NCBI GenBank assembly: GCA_963778655.1 | Contig: CAVZVA010000009.1 | Span: 320,001 to 384,000, forward strand | Reading direction: 5' to 3' | From: an uncultured delta proteobacterium | GTDB taxonomy: Bacteria > Myxococcota_A > Polyangia > Polyangiales > JAFGIB01 | Length of the DNA stretch: 64,000 nucleotides | Part shown: positions 1 through 11,755 of the stretch, one piece after another | Layout of the letters: every line of letters begins with the position of its first letter | How positions within the stretch are numbered: the first letter of the stretch is position 1 | Notes under the pieces: model-generated | Databases searched by the model: none | Told to the model about the DNA's origin: nothing | What the model saw: only the letters and a program-made list of their open reading frames with translations | Program-made: the position numbers and the translations under genes

Positions 1-1118
1 GCCTCCGCGGCCTCGCTGATCGCCCTGCCGAAGACCTCCTTGGTCACGCTGGCCAGCTCGCCCTTGAGCGCGCGCTGCTCGTCGCTGAGCATGATCTGCT
101 TGGCCTTGAGCGAAAACATCACGGTCATCACCACGATCACCGCGCAGGTCACGATCAGGTTGAGGTGCTCGACCAGCTGGCCGCGTGCGTCCTTGGTGGC
201 GAACGATCCGGTGCGCAGGTTGATGCGGCGGCGCCCCATGGCGCCGCGCGCCGCGAGCGCAGCGGCGCGGCCCAGCGCGGGGGAGGGAGCGGCCTCAGCC
301 TGGGCGGCGGCCGGCAGGCGCAGCGCCTGGGCGCGCGGAAGTGAAAGCGCGTCGCCGATCCAATCGAGCGCGCCCTCGGCTGCCGCGCCCGGGCCGCACA
401 GCGCGACCAGCTTGGGAGACTCGAAGCCGGCGCCGCGGAAGCTGGTCAGGGTGCGCTGCAACTCCCGCCGGACATCCTCGGAGGCGCCGGGCAGGTGCTC
501 GATGCCAAGCGCGATCGTACGCGCGAACACGCACACGCCGGCCTGCAGGAAGCACATGTCCGTGCGCTGCTCGCCCAGGTCCACGAGCAAGATAGGTCCC
601 GGCTCCCGCAGCTCCGGCAGCAGATTGCAGAGGCCGTCGAGCGAGGCGGCCCCGGCCGCGAGCTCGCGCGGCTCGAGCCCGGCATGGCGCAGACCTTCGA
701 GCGCGGAGGAGACGTGCTCGGGCAGCACGGATGCGACCAGCACTTTGAGCACGTTGGCCTCGGTGCCGATTGGCTGGTAGTCGAAGACCGCGTCGTGCGG
801 ATCGTAGGGCAGCACGGCTTCCAGCTCGAACGGCAGGATCTCGAGGATGCGCTTGCGCGCGGCAGCGGGCAGCTCGAGCACGCGCAGCGAGACCTCCTCG
901 CCCGGCAGCGAAGCGACGATCACATCCGGCGACGCGGGCAGGGCGCGCAGCAGGCTACGCCCCGCCTCCGCCAGCTCCGGCATGCGGCCGGGGCTGCCGG
1001 GGTGCTCGGCCAGCGGGATCTCCACGTAGCGCTCCACCTCCAGCTTGCGCAGGGCGCTGCGGACCAGCGCGCCGCGCAGGGCGGTGGTACCGACGTCGAT
1101 TCCGAGAAAGCGTGCCAT
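1..1118 (-). CDS. gspL: Type II secretion protein L / PilM-like actin-fold protein (3' end runs off the window)
   Basis: Missing from the ORF track because there is no stop. Translated from ATG at 1118: MARFLGIDVGTTALRGALVRS..., later LLVDLGEQRTDMCF...FARTI and INLRTGSF just before a hydrophobic segment. Directly follows gspK. Confidence 0.8.
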   Translation of the reverse strand, partial: MARFLGIDVGTTALRGALVRSALRKLEVERYVEIPLAEHPGSPGRMPELAEAGRSLLRALPASPDVIVASLPGEEVSLRVLELPAAARKRILEILPFELEAVLPYDPHDAVFDYQPIGTEANVLKVLVASVLPEHVSSALEGLRHAGLEPRELAAGAASLDGLCNLLPELREPGPILLVDLGEQRTDMCFLQAGVCVFARTIALGIEHLPGASEDVRRELQRTLTSFRGAGFESPKLVALCGPGAAAEGALDWIGDALSLPRAQALRLPAAAQAEAAPSPALGRAAALAARGAMGRRRINLRTGSFATKDARGQLVEHLNLIVTCAVIVVMTVMFSLKAKQIMLSDEQRALKGELASVTKEVFGRAISEAAE

Positions 1119-1136
1119 CGGGCGTTTCCTGTCTGC

Positions 1137-2618
1137 CTACTGAAGTCGAAAGTAGTGCGCGACGCCCAGCGGAGGCAACACACCGGGCACTCCCGGCGGT
1201 GGAACCCACGGTTTGTCGAAGTTGACGACCATCGTCATCTTGGCCTGGGCGCGGCCCACGCGCCCGGTGGACTCGATCGTGAAGATCGATGCCTGCGTCA
1301 GGAACATCTGGGCGATCTGCGGGCGTAGGTCGGCCGGGATCACCATCGGCGTCCAGGCCATCAGCGGCGAGCCCTTCAGCATCAAGGACAGCATCGCGTA
1401 CATGTCCATCCCCTTGCTCGCCGTGCCGCTGACGAAGTTGATGAAGTCGTCCGGCGTAGTGAACAAGGCGATCGGCAGAAACGAGCGCGCGGTGTTGAAG
1501 AGTTGGATGAAGGACATCGCCTGGAGCGGATCGGCGCACAGCGGCTGATTGGTGACGAACGAGCACAGCCGTGCCAGCAGCACCTCCGGGGGCGCCATGT
1601 TCACGTTGACCGCGCCCGAGCCGTAGATCGTCACCTTGCGCGCGTGGGGGTCGTCGGCCTTGGGCTCGACGAAGGTGGCCCAGAAGTCGTCGCCCACGCC
1701 GCGCACCAAGCGCAGCTCCTCGAGTGAGTCGAAGGGCGCGTTCTTCACCACGTACGGGTCGGGAAACTGGGCGTAGATGTTGTCTTCGCTGCCGGCCGTC
1801 TGGACCGAAGAGCTGCCGGGGTCGAATACGGTGCGCTGGTCATCGTAATCCCACCAGTCGATGATGTCGGATACGATATCCAGGCGCGTGGTGTAGTGGC
1901 CGTCGGGGTCGCGCGCGCTGAACATCGGGTCGTAGGGGCTTTCCGGCGACTGGTAGCCGCCGAGCAGGGCGAACAGCTGCATGGCGATACTGCGCCGCGC
2001 CTGGTCGCCGGAGAAGAACAGCGGGATGTTGAGGTTGATCTTGCCGTTCTCCGGCACGGTGACCACGTCGAAGGTGCCGCCGGTGTCCACGACCCCTTGC
2101 ATCAAGCTGAAGTCGACGCCGCTGGTCTCGACCATGGCCTTGGCCTCCTTGTAGTTGGCGAAGGGCGCGAGCAAGGTGCTGCCGAAATCCCACACGTTGA
2201 GCTGCGGCGGCGGGCGTCCCACCACCATCTGATAGACGGGCGCGACCAGACGTCGGATGTCAGGCTCGTGTGCGATCAGCAGGCGCGTCAGGTTCAACCC
2301 GCTCTTGGCCAGATACTCGGCCTTGAGCCGATCGCGCTCGCTCTCGGCCACGTGGAACTCGGTCGCCGAGCTCTCCATCAGGTCGGCGACGAACACCGCG
2401 AGGATGGTGATCGCCACGATGACCATCACCAGCGCGACGCCCCGGCGGGCGAGCGGGTGGCCGGGACCGCGCGGGCGGACGCCTTGCGGGGCGAGAGCGG
2501 CACGATGGCGCGCCCGCGTGCGCGGGCGCAGCTCCTGTTCGCTGACGTAGCCGTGCCTCCAGGCGGGCTTGCGCGTCGCGGCTGCGGGCGTCGGGGCTGT
2601 CGCGTTCGAGTCGGTCAT
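1137..2618 (-). CDS. gspK: Type II secretion minor pseudopilin K
   Basis: RRG|VALVMVIVAITIL prepilin site lacking Glu5 as usual for GspK; ENGKINLN and NAPFDSLEELRLVRGV motifs; ATG at 2618 overlaps the gspJ stop (ATGA). Confidence 0.9.
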   Translation of the reverse strand: MTDSNATAPTPAAATRKPAWRHGYVSEQELRPRTRARHRAALAPQGVRPRGPGHPLARRGVALVMVIVAITILAVFVADLMESSATEFHVAESERDRLKAEYLAKSGLNLTRLLIAHEPDIRRLVAPVYQMVVGRPPPQLNVWDFGSTLLAPFANYKEAKAMVETSGVDFSLMQGVVDTGGTFDVVTVPENGKINLNIPLFFSGDQARRSIAMQLFALLGGYQSPESPYDPMFSARDPDGHYTTRLDIVSDIIDWWDYDDQRTVFDPGSSSVQTAGSEDNIYAQFPDPYVVKNAPFDSLEELRLVRGVGDDFWATFVEPKADDPHARKVTIYGSGAVNVNMAPPEVLLARLCSFVTNQPLCADPLQAMSFIQLFNTARSFLPIALFTTPDDFINFVSGTASKGMDMYAMLSLMLKGSPLMAWTPMVIPADLRPQIAQMFLTQASIFTIESTGRVGRAQAKMTMVVNFDKPWVPPPGVPGVLPPLGVAHYFRLQ

Positions 2619-3364
2619 CGGCGGTAGATGGCGAAATTGAGGGCGAAGCGCATCGGCAACCAGGTGCGCGTGCCGAAGGTCTGATCGTGGCCGCTGCCGC
2701 GCACGTTGGGGACGGTGACCTTGATCTCGACCTGCGAGGGCAGCCGATTCGGCTCCATCGAGGCCTGCATGGTGTCCCAGCTCTTGAGCCACTGCAGCGT
2801 CATCGGGTCGAGATAGGAGAGCTCGAACTTGGTCACGTTCTCGATCAGGATCTGCGCCTGCCCGCCCTGCTGTGGGTCGTCGTCGATCCGGCGCTGTTCC
2901 CTGCGCACCAGCGCGGTCTGACCGGCGTGGTGGGGGTCGTCCTCCATGTAATAGGAGAGCTCGTTCTGGTCCGATTCGTGCGCGTCGCGATACAGGCGCT
3001 GGTGGGAGAACGAGGTGAAGTCGATGCGCGAGCCCTTGCCGGAGTCCTTGCCGACGAAGCAGGTCTTGACCACCTGAAGCGCCGGGCTGGGGTTGAGCTG
3101 AGCCGAGACGTAGGCCATCGAGAGCTCGCGCGCCATGCGCTCGATGCCCATGCGGATCTCGTGGTAGCGGTCGAGCTCGCTTTCGATGCGCTTCTTGTTC
3201 TGCGCGGTTTGGGAGAAGCCGCTGTAGATCAACGTCGACACCATCGCGATGATCGCCATCGCGACCATCACCTCGATCAGCGTCAGGCCTGCTTTCAACC
3301 GGTGGGGCAGGGTTGCTTTCAACGGGAGGGGCACGCGCCCCTCCCGCCCCACCGGCAAGGCCAT
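2615..3364 (-). CDS. gspJ: Type II secretion minor pseudopilin J
   Basis: G|LTLIEVMVAMAII prepilin motif, RMARELSMAY, LVRREQRRID, LPSQVEI; operon position. Start uncertain (ATG 3364 or GTG 3397). Confidence 0.85.
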   Translation of the reverse strand: MALPVGREGRVPLPLKATLPHRLKAGLTLIEVMVAMAIIAMVSTLIYSGFSQTAQNKKRIESELDRYHEIRMGIERMARELSMAYVSAQLNPSPALQVVKTCFVGKDSGKGSRIDFTSFSHQRLYRDAHESDQNELSYYMEDDPHHAGQTALVRREQRRIDDDPQQGGQAQILIENVTKFELSYLDPMTLQWLKSWDTMQASMEPNRLPSQVEIKVTVPNVRGSGHDQTFGTRTWLPMRFALNFAIYRR

Positions 3365-3453
3365 TGGGGCCCCACCCACCCGCGGCGCTCGCTTCACTGC
3401 GTTGCGCTCGCTCGCGGGCGCGAAGGCCGCGGGGTGGGGCGCGGGCCCTTGCC
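3290..3453. repeat. Highly self-complementary element between gspI and gspJ (REP/MITE-like)
   Basis: Nested inverted repeats (3299-3312 with 3343-3355; 3324-3332 with 3337-3345; 3354-3360 with 3447-3453; 3369-3377 with 3432-3440) and the direct repeat TGCTTTCAAC at 3290 and 3314. Confidence 0.5.
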
Positions 3454-3486
3454 GCTTTGCTGGCGATGGTGATGGTAGGTGGAGGC

Positions 3487-4362
3487 TCAATGTGGGGCCT
3501 GTTGTCCGAAGAAGCCGCTGACTTGGCCTGGCGCCGCGCCCGGGAGCGCGCCCGGCAGCGTTCCGGTTTGCTGGCCGGCTTGCTGCCCACCCGCCACCGG
3601 CTGGCCGGTGGTGGGATCGATGACGACGGGTTGTTCCGCCACCAGGTACTGGGTCACGTCGAACGAGTGCGAAACGCTGCCTTCCTTCCAGCGCACGGTC
3701 ACGGTGGCGCGGCGAATCTGCGACTCGAACGCAGGCTTGAGCAGCGGATAGACGAACTGGAGCGCCATCGACGCCATGCCGCCCAGGCCGCCGCCCGTCG
3801 CCAGCATTTCGGCCGGATCCATGTTCTTGAACGTGTCGAGCGGGCTCTGGCCCGGCTGACCCGGGCTGGCGCCGGGGGTGCCGGGCGTTCCGGACCCGAG
3901 CGCGGCCACGAGCGGATTCAGCGCTGGACCGCCCGGCGGCGCATTGGCGGCCAGCGCCTGCGCCGCGCCGGCTACTGCGGGACCGGCTTGCGTCGAGGAC
4001 GACGCGCCCGGGGCACCGGAACCGGGCGCGCCCTGGTCCTGCGCCTGATTCACGAACATGTTGTCGGGCAGCACGATCGGCTCGATTTCCCAGTCGCAGC
4101 TGTAACCCTCGATCTCGGACTCCTTGCAACAGGTGTCGGTGCCCGAGGCGTAGACCGCCGGCAGCCCCTTATTGGCTACATCCTCCTCGATCTCCCCCAT
4201 CTTGCAGCGGACGAGCAGCGTGGCCAGACCCATCTTGCGCGCGCGCGTCGCCATCTTCACGGCGCCGGCTTCGCTCGAGAAGATCGCGGTCAGGGCCAGC
4301 GCGAGGATCGCTACCGCGACCATCACCTCAAGCAGCGTGAAGCCTTGGCGCCCGCGCTTCAC
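3487..4362 (-). CDS. gspI: Type II secretion minor pseudopilin I (long, with Gly/Pro-rich insert)
   Basis: GTG start overlapping the gspH stop; KRGRQG|FTLLEVMVAVAIL; C-terminal IRRATVTVRW strand. Confidence 0.85.
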   Translation of the reverse strand: MKRGRQGFTLLEVMVAVAILALALTAIFSSEAGAVKMATRARKMGLATLLVRCKMGEIEEDVANKGLPAVYASGTDTCCKESEIEGYSCDWEIEPIVLPDNMFVNQAQDQGAPGSGAPGASSSTQAGPAVAGAAQALAANAPPGGPALNPLVAALGSGTPGTPGASPGQPGQSPLDTFKNMDPAEMLATGGGLGGMASMALQFVYPLLKPAFESQIRRATVTVRWKEGSVSHSFDVTQYLVAEQPVVIDPTTGQPVAGGQQAGQQTGTLPGALPGAAPGQVSGFFGQQAPH

Positions 4363-5141
4363 AGGTCGTCCTCCGTGGTCCTGGACGCCGGCCCTTCCGG
4401 CTGCAGCTGCTTGGGCTCGAAGGCCTCCGGATAGATGCGGCAGCGTCCGGTCAGCGGCCGCACCTCTACCGAGTAGACCGAGTCGCCGCCGTCCGACAGC
4501 TGCACCACCGCGTGTTCGGTGAGCCCTGCCGGAAAGAAGTGGATCGCCCCCCTGCCTTGCTCGAGAGGCTCGGGCTCGTGCGGCACGATCAGCTTGACCA
4601 CCTGGACACGACGTCCGAAGGTGACCTTCGAGTAGCGCGCGATCGGCTTGCCGTTGTCGTCCGCGATAGGGTGAAAGGGCGACGCGCCCAGCGTGGGTTT
4701 GAGCGCCTCTTGGATCCGTTTGGCGGCTGCCGCCCACGGGTCGGCCGCCGCTATGTCCGTACCGCCTTTGTCGATCGAGTCCTTGCGCCGATCGTCGTCG
4801 GCGCGTACCAGCGCGACCTGGTCGTTGGCTTCCTCGATCGAAAACGTATTGCCGGGGATGTCGAACACGATGCGAACGGTTACGCCGCGCACGATCGCGC
4901 GGTTGAAGGCGAAGCGCGAGGCCGCTGCCAGCTTGGCGGCGCCCGACTTGAGGTAGGTCTTGGTGATCGCTCCGAGGCTGAAGGACAGCCCGGATGCCGC
5001 GAAGGCCAGGATCACCACGACCACGATCATCTCGATCAAGGTCATGCCTTCGACAGTCCGCCTGCGGCAGAAGGCAGCGCTGCTGCCCGACAGGGCACGC
5101 GCCCTGCCTGTGACCCTCTGCGGTGGCGCACGAAGACTCAT
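4359..5141 (-). CDS. gspH: Type II secretion minor pseudopilin H / FimT-like
   Basis: G|MTLIEMIVVVVIL, RFAFNRAI...VRIVFD, IHFFPAG, VEVRPLTGR; operon position. Confidence 0.85.
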   Translation of the reverse strand: MSLRAPPQRVTGRARALSGSSAAFCRRRTVEGMTLIEMIVVVVILAFAASGLSFSLGAITKTYLKSGAAKLAAASRFAFNRAIVRGVTVRIVFDIPGNTFSIEEANDQVALVRADDDRRKDSIDKGGTDIAAADPWAAAAKRIQEALKPTLGASPFHPIADDNGKPIARYSKVTFGRRVQVVKLIVPHEPEPLEQGRGAIHFFPAGLTEHAVVQLSDGGDSVYSVEVRPLTGRCRIYPEAFEPKQLQPEGPASRTTEDDL

Positions 5142-5143
5142 GG

Positions 5144-5602
5144 CTACTGGACGTCGTCCTCCGTGCCCATCTGCCCGTCGGGGCCGGCGGAACGCACCGT
5201 GACGCCGTCCTGGTCGCATTCGATCGAAAAATCGTGAGACCAGGCGTCCTGGGTGTTCTTGTTCTTGTCGAGGATCTTTTCGCTCACCAGATCCTGCACC
5301 GTGGGGCAGTTGTCGTGCTCCGAGAGGTACAGCTCGGCGGCGCTCGCGACCGCCTTGGCGTCGCCGCTCGTCTGTTTGACCTTAGCCCTGCGTAGAGCCG
5401 GTAAGATGGCGAAGCCGGCCGCGGTCGCCACCAGCGCCATAATCACCATCACGACCATGATCTCGATCAGGGTCATGCCCGCCTGCGCTCGGCGTCGCCG
5501 CCGCCGTAGCCATGCGGGTGCTCGACGACGACGCTGTTCGAGTCGCTGCTCTCTCTCATCCACGTGTGTTGCCAACATGTTCACGCCATCGACCCCTGTC
5601 AT
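5144..5602 (-). CDS. gspG: Major pseudopilin G-like protein
   Basis: AQAG|MTLIEIMVVMVIM; C-terminal DAWSHDF...VRSAGPDGQMGTEDDV typical of the T2SSG domain; ATGA overlap with the upstream gene. Confidence 0.85.
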   Translation of the reverse strand: MTGVDGVNMLATHVDEREQRLEQRRRRAPAWLRRRRRRAQAGMTLIEIMVVMVIMALVATAAGFAILPALRRAKVKQTSGDAKAVASAAELYLSEHDNCPTVQDLVSEKILDKNKNTQDAWSHDFSIECDQDGVTVRSAGPDGQMGTEDDVQ

Positions 5603-6033
5603 AGAATGTTGTCGTCCTTGGAAAACACTCCGCTCGGCCCGGCCGAGACCACCTCGGCAGCATTCGGGTCGTACGGAGAAGGGCAGCGCACGAACAGCTC
5701 GCGGCCCCAGCCGTCGGCCGGCACTTCGGTCAGATAGCGCGCGCCGCCGCGCGGAGGGTGCACCAGCTCGGTCTTGTTGCGAGGACAGCGTCCCATCTCC
5801 GCGCGAAACGCCGCCACCGCGCGCTCGACCTCGGCGATGTTCGCGCGCGTGGTACGGATACGCGTCCTGCGTTCGGCTACTCGCCATGCGGCCAGCACCA
5901 GCAGCGCCAACGCGCCGAACAGCGTGAGCCCACGCCAGGTGCGCATGGAGACCATGCCTCCGAGCCAGGCTCGCCTGCGCTCCCACGGCAGCAGGACGCC
6001 AGACCCCGATTTTCTGTGGCGGCGCTGAGTCAT
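5599..6033 (-). CDS. GspG-domain protein with atypical N-terminus
   Basis: T2SSG-like core (AFRAEMGRCP...ELV...YLTEVPADGWGR...VVSAGPSG...DDN), but N-terminal RG-LTLFG lacks Glu5; ATGA overlap with gspF. Confidence 0.75.
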   Translation of the reverse strand: MTQRRHRKSGSGVLLPWERRRAWLGGMVSMRTWRGLTLFGALALLVLAAWRVAERRTRIRTTRANIAEVERAVAAFRAEMGRCPRNKTELVHPPRGGARYLTEVPADGWGRELFVRCPSPYDPNAAEVVSAGPSGVFSKDDNIL

Positions 6034-7253
6034 TGCACGAACTCGTTGATCTGCATCAGAGGCAACAGGATCGACAGCGCGATGCTTCCAGCAATCGTGC
6101 CCATCACCACGATCATCAAGGGCCCGAGCAGCGAGGTGAGCGCGGCGAGGCGCTGGTCGACCTGCGCTTCGTACGCGATGGCGACGTGGTTCAGCATTTG
6201 CTCGAGCTGGCCCGAGCGCTCGCCGATTGCGATCATCTGGGTCACGATCGGTGGGAAACGGCCGCTGCGCTTGAGCGGCGCCGCGATGCTCTCGCCTTCG
6301 CGGATCGAGCCGCGCGCCTCCTCCACCACCCGCATCAGCTCGGCGTTGCCGAGCACGTTGCGTGTGATGTCGAGCGCGGTGAGCACCGGGACACCGCTCG
6401 CGAGCAGGGTCGAAAGGGTGCGGGCGAAGCGCGCGAGCGCGATCATTAGCACCAGCGGGCCCATCAGCGGCAGCTTGAGCACGCGCGCATCCCAGGTCGC
6501 GCGCCCCTTCTCCGTCGCACGCCAGCGCTGGAACGCGTAGATCGCGCCTCCAGCCAGCAGCAGCAGCAGCCACCAGTAGCTTCCCAGCGCATGGCTGACG
6601 AAGATCAGCGTCTGCGTGTACCAGGGCAGGGTGGCGTTGAAGCCCTCGAAGATCGAGGTCACCTTGGGCACCACCACGACCATCAGCAGCGCGATGATCG
6701 CGATTCCGAACACCACCATGAAGGCGGGATAGGCCAGCGCGCTGAAGACCTTGTCGCGCAGGCGCGCCGAGGCATCCAGGTGGTCGGCGAGGCGGTCGAG
6801 CACGGCATCGAGCGTGCCCGAGGACTCGCCGGCGGCGACCATGTTCACGTACAGTGATTCGAAGACCTTCGGATGCGCCTTGAGCGCGTCCGCCAGGCTG
6901 GTGCCTTCGTTCACCTTGTCACGGGTCTGGGTCAGCGCCGCCTTGAGCTTTTGGTGCTCGACCTGCTCGATCAACGCGCTCAGGCTCTCGACCAGCGGCA
7001 CGCCGGAGCGCAGCAGGGTCGCCAGCTGGCGCGTCGTGATCGCCACGTCCTGCACCGAGACGCGCGCGAACAGCTGGCCGAAGTCGATCTCCCGGCGCGT
7101 GCGCGTACGGGCGGCGCCCTCCTCCTCGATCGCCGTAGCGAGGATGCCCTCTTTGCGCAGCACCACGCGTAGCAGGCGCGCGTTGTCGGCGTCGCGGATA
7201 CCCTTGACGTCCCGGCCGCGCGCGTCGATGCCGTGCCATTGATAGACGGCCAC
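6030..7253 (-). CDS. gspF: Type II secretion inner-membrane platform protein F
   Basis: TRQLATLLRSGVPLVESL, MVAAGESSGTL, ALAYP, IAIGERSGQLE. Confidence 0.95.
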   Translation of the reverse strand: MAVYQWHGIDARGRDVKGIRDADNARLLRVVLRKEGILATAIEEEGAARTRTRREIDFGQLFARVSVQDVAITTRQLATLLRSGVPLVESLSALIEQVEHQKLKAALTQTRDKVNEGTSLADALKAHPKVFESLYVNMVAAGESSGTLDAVLDRLADHLDASARLRDKVFSALAYPAFMVVFGIAIIALLMVVVVPKVTSIFEGFNATLPWYTQTLIFVSHALGSYWWLLLLLAGGAIYAFQRWRATEKGRATWDARVLKLPLMGPLVLMIALARFARTLSTLLASGVPVLTALDITRNVLGNAELMRVVEEARGSIREGESIAAPLKRSGRFPPIVTQMIAIGERSGQLEQMLNHVAIAYEAQVDQRLAALTSLLGPLMIVVMGTIAGSIALSILLPLMQINEFVQ

Positions 7254-7257
7254 GGCG

Positions 7258-9070
<1,813 letters not shown>

Positions 9071-9074
<4 letters not shown>

Positions 9075-11755
9075 TGGCCCTCCACCGGCGGCGGCTCGCC
9101 GCCCGGCGCCGCCGGGGGCGGCGGCGGTGCTTCCCCGGTCGGAGCGGCCTCCGGCGCGGGGGTCTCGGTGCCGCCTGGCTCCGCACCGGTCTGCGCGCCC
9201 CCGGGCGTGCCCGGCTCGATCACCTGATCCTCGCCGTCGCTAGACTCCTGCGCGGCGGCCTCGCCCACGGACGGCTGGGGGTGGTGTCCCAGCTCCGGAT
9301 GCTTGGCGGCGTCCGCGAGCAACTGCTTCTTCTGGTCGAGCAGCTTGAGCTCGGTCATGATCTCGCCGACCAAGCCGCGCGTGCGCGAGTAGTCCAGCGG
9401 CGGCTCGTAGTCGGCCTCGCTGAACACGAAGTAGCGGTCGAGGAACTCCTGGCGCTCGCGCATCTTGCGCTCGTAGATCGAGCGCAGGTCCTCCGGCGAG
9501 CGGATGATGTAGGGGGTGAGGAACATCAGCAGGTTCTTCTTGATCTTCTGCTTGTTGCTGCTGCGGAACAGCGCGCCGATCAGCGGGATGTCGCCCAGCA
9601 CCGGCACCTTGGTGTCGGCCGTCGTTACCTGGTCGCGCATCAGCCCGCCGATCACGACGGTCTGCTGATCGCGCACCACCACCTCGGTCTTGGCCTTGGT
9701 GCGGTCGATCGAGACCACGCCCAGCGCGCCCTCCTTGCTCGGCGCGCCTGCCGAGGAGATCTCCTGCTGGATCTGCAGGCGGATCTCGTCGCTCTCGTTG
9801 ATGTGCGGGGTGATGGTCACCGTGGTGCCGACGTCCTGGCGTGGCACCGCGCCGGCGAAGCCGAGCCCGCCCAGGCCGCCGAGCGCACCGAGCGCGCCCG
9901 TGGCGCCGGTCGCCCCGGCCTGCCCGGCGAGCGCGCCCAGCCCACCCAGGCCGCCCAGCGCGCCGAGCGGGCTCACGCCCGAGGTCTGCAGCGGCACGTT
10001 CTGGCCCACGCTGATCGAGGCCTCCACGTTGTCGGTGGCGATCAGGTGCGGCGTCGACAGGATGTTGGCGTCGCCCGAGGACGCGAGCGCGTTGATCGCG
10101 ACTCCGAAGCCGGGCAGCGACAGCCCGACCAGCTGCTGCGAGTTGGCGATCACCGGCCCTTGGACGCCCACCGCAAGACCGGTCAGCACCTCGCCGTTGG
10201 CGGCCATGCCCTGTAGGCCGCCGATGGTGTTGGCGGCGCGGAAGCCGAGCACCGAGACCGAGTCCTTGCCCGCGAGATCGGGAATGCCCCCGTGAAACGC
10301 CACGCCGAAGGTGCGGCTGCGGTTGATGCTCAGCTCCATGATCACGGCCTCGATGAAGACCTGTTTGCGCTCGACGTCGAGTGTTTCGATCACGGGCTCG
10401 AGCGCCGCGTAGTCGTGCGACGAGGAGGTGATCACGAGCGCATTGGTCGCCTTGTGGGCGGTCACCGAGACTTTGCCCTCGAACACGTCGTCCGAGCCTC
10501 CACCGGCGGCGGGCGCCGCGCCCTTGCCCTTGGCGCGCGTAGCGCCACCGCCCCCGCGGCCGCTGATCAGCGCCTGCAACGTCGTCGCCATCTCCTCGGC
10601 GTCGCTGTGCTGCAGGTGGTGAACATGGATCTTGCCTTCGCCCTCCATCGACACGTCGAGGTACTTGAGCATCTCGAGGATGCGCAGGTAGGCGCGCTCG
10701 GTGGCAACGATGATCAACGAGTTGGTGCGATCGTCGGCCAGGATCTTGTTGAAGGTCAGGTCGCCTTCGCGCGAGCCAATGGTCTGGCTGCCCGGAGCCG
10801 GCGCCTTGCCCTTGGGCGGCGGGCGGGCCGGGGCCTTGCCCTTGGGCGCCGAGTTGCCACCCTTGCCCGGCTCGAAGATGTCGTTGAGGCGCGAGGCGAC
10901 GTCGGCCGCGCTGGCGTGGTGAACCGGCTCCACCCAGATCTGCACGCCGGTTGCCGCGACGTCGACCACGTCGAGGATGCGCAGCATGCGCCGGATGTTG
11001 GTTCCGGTGTCGGTGATGATGAGAATGTTGGTCGGGGCGTAGGCCGTGATGCTGCCGTCGCCCGACTTGAAACGCTCGAGCAGCGAGGCGGCGTCCTCGG
11101 CCGAGATGTTGTTCACGTGCTGCAGCCGCGTCACGAAGCGATCGCCCGCGGGCACGCCGTCGCGGCCGGTGTACAGCGGGATCGGCCGGCCCTCGACCCG
11201 GCCGGATTCCACGATCTTCAGGTAGCGGCCCGCCGGTACGATGGCCATGCCGTTGAGCTCCAGGATCGACAGGAAGGCCTGGTACGCCTCGCCGGCGGTC
11301 ACCTTGGTCGGCGCGTACACGGTCGCCTTGATCGCGCGCGTGGTGCCCGGAAGGATGAAGCGCTTGCCGGTGATCTGCGAGATCAGCCGCACCAGGTCCG
11401 TGAGCGAGGCATCCTCGAGATTGAAGGTGACCAGCGAGCGCGGGGAGGTCGGCTGATAATCGATGCCGGTCTCGAAAGGCTTGAGCTCCGGCACCGTGTT
11501 CGCGCCCGCTTGTCCCGGCGGGGCCGCAGCGGTGCCCGGTCGCGCGGGCGGCTTGGGGGCGGGCTTGGGGGCAGGCTTGGGGGCGGGCTTCTTGGGCCGC
11601 TTCGGCTTGGCCTGCGCGTGGGCGGAAGCGGGCAGCGCGGTCACCGGCGCGGCCACCGCCACCGCCACCAGCAGCGCGAGCGCGCGCGCCCGGCGCAGCT
11701 GCAGCTTCGAGTCTGACTCTGGGACGAACGTCTTCTTCATCATAAGCGCCATCAT
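9071..11755 (-). CDS. gspD: Type II secretion secretin D
   Basis: Signal peptide, N domains (LISQITGKRFI), QVFIEAVIME, NILSTPHL, TVVIGGLM...KVPVLGDIPLIGALF. Confidence 0.95.
11550..11590. repeat. Coding 12-bp tandem repeat (PAPK)x3 in the GspD N-terminal linker
   Basis: GGCTTGGGGGC(G/A) repeated three times. Confidence 0.7.

Noticed and set aside
2619..3590. Upstream extension of gspK to 817 aa
   Set aside because: Overlaps gspJ in another frame; the ATGA coupling at 2618 gives the start.
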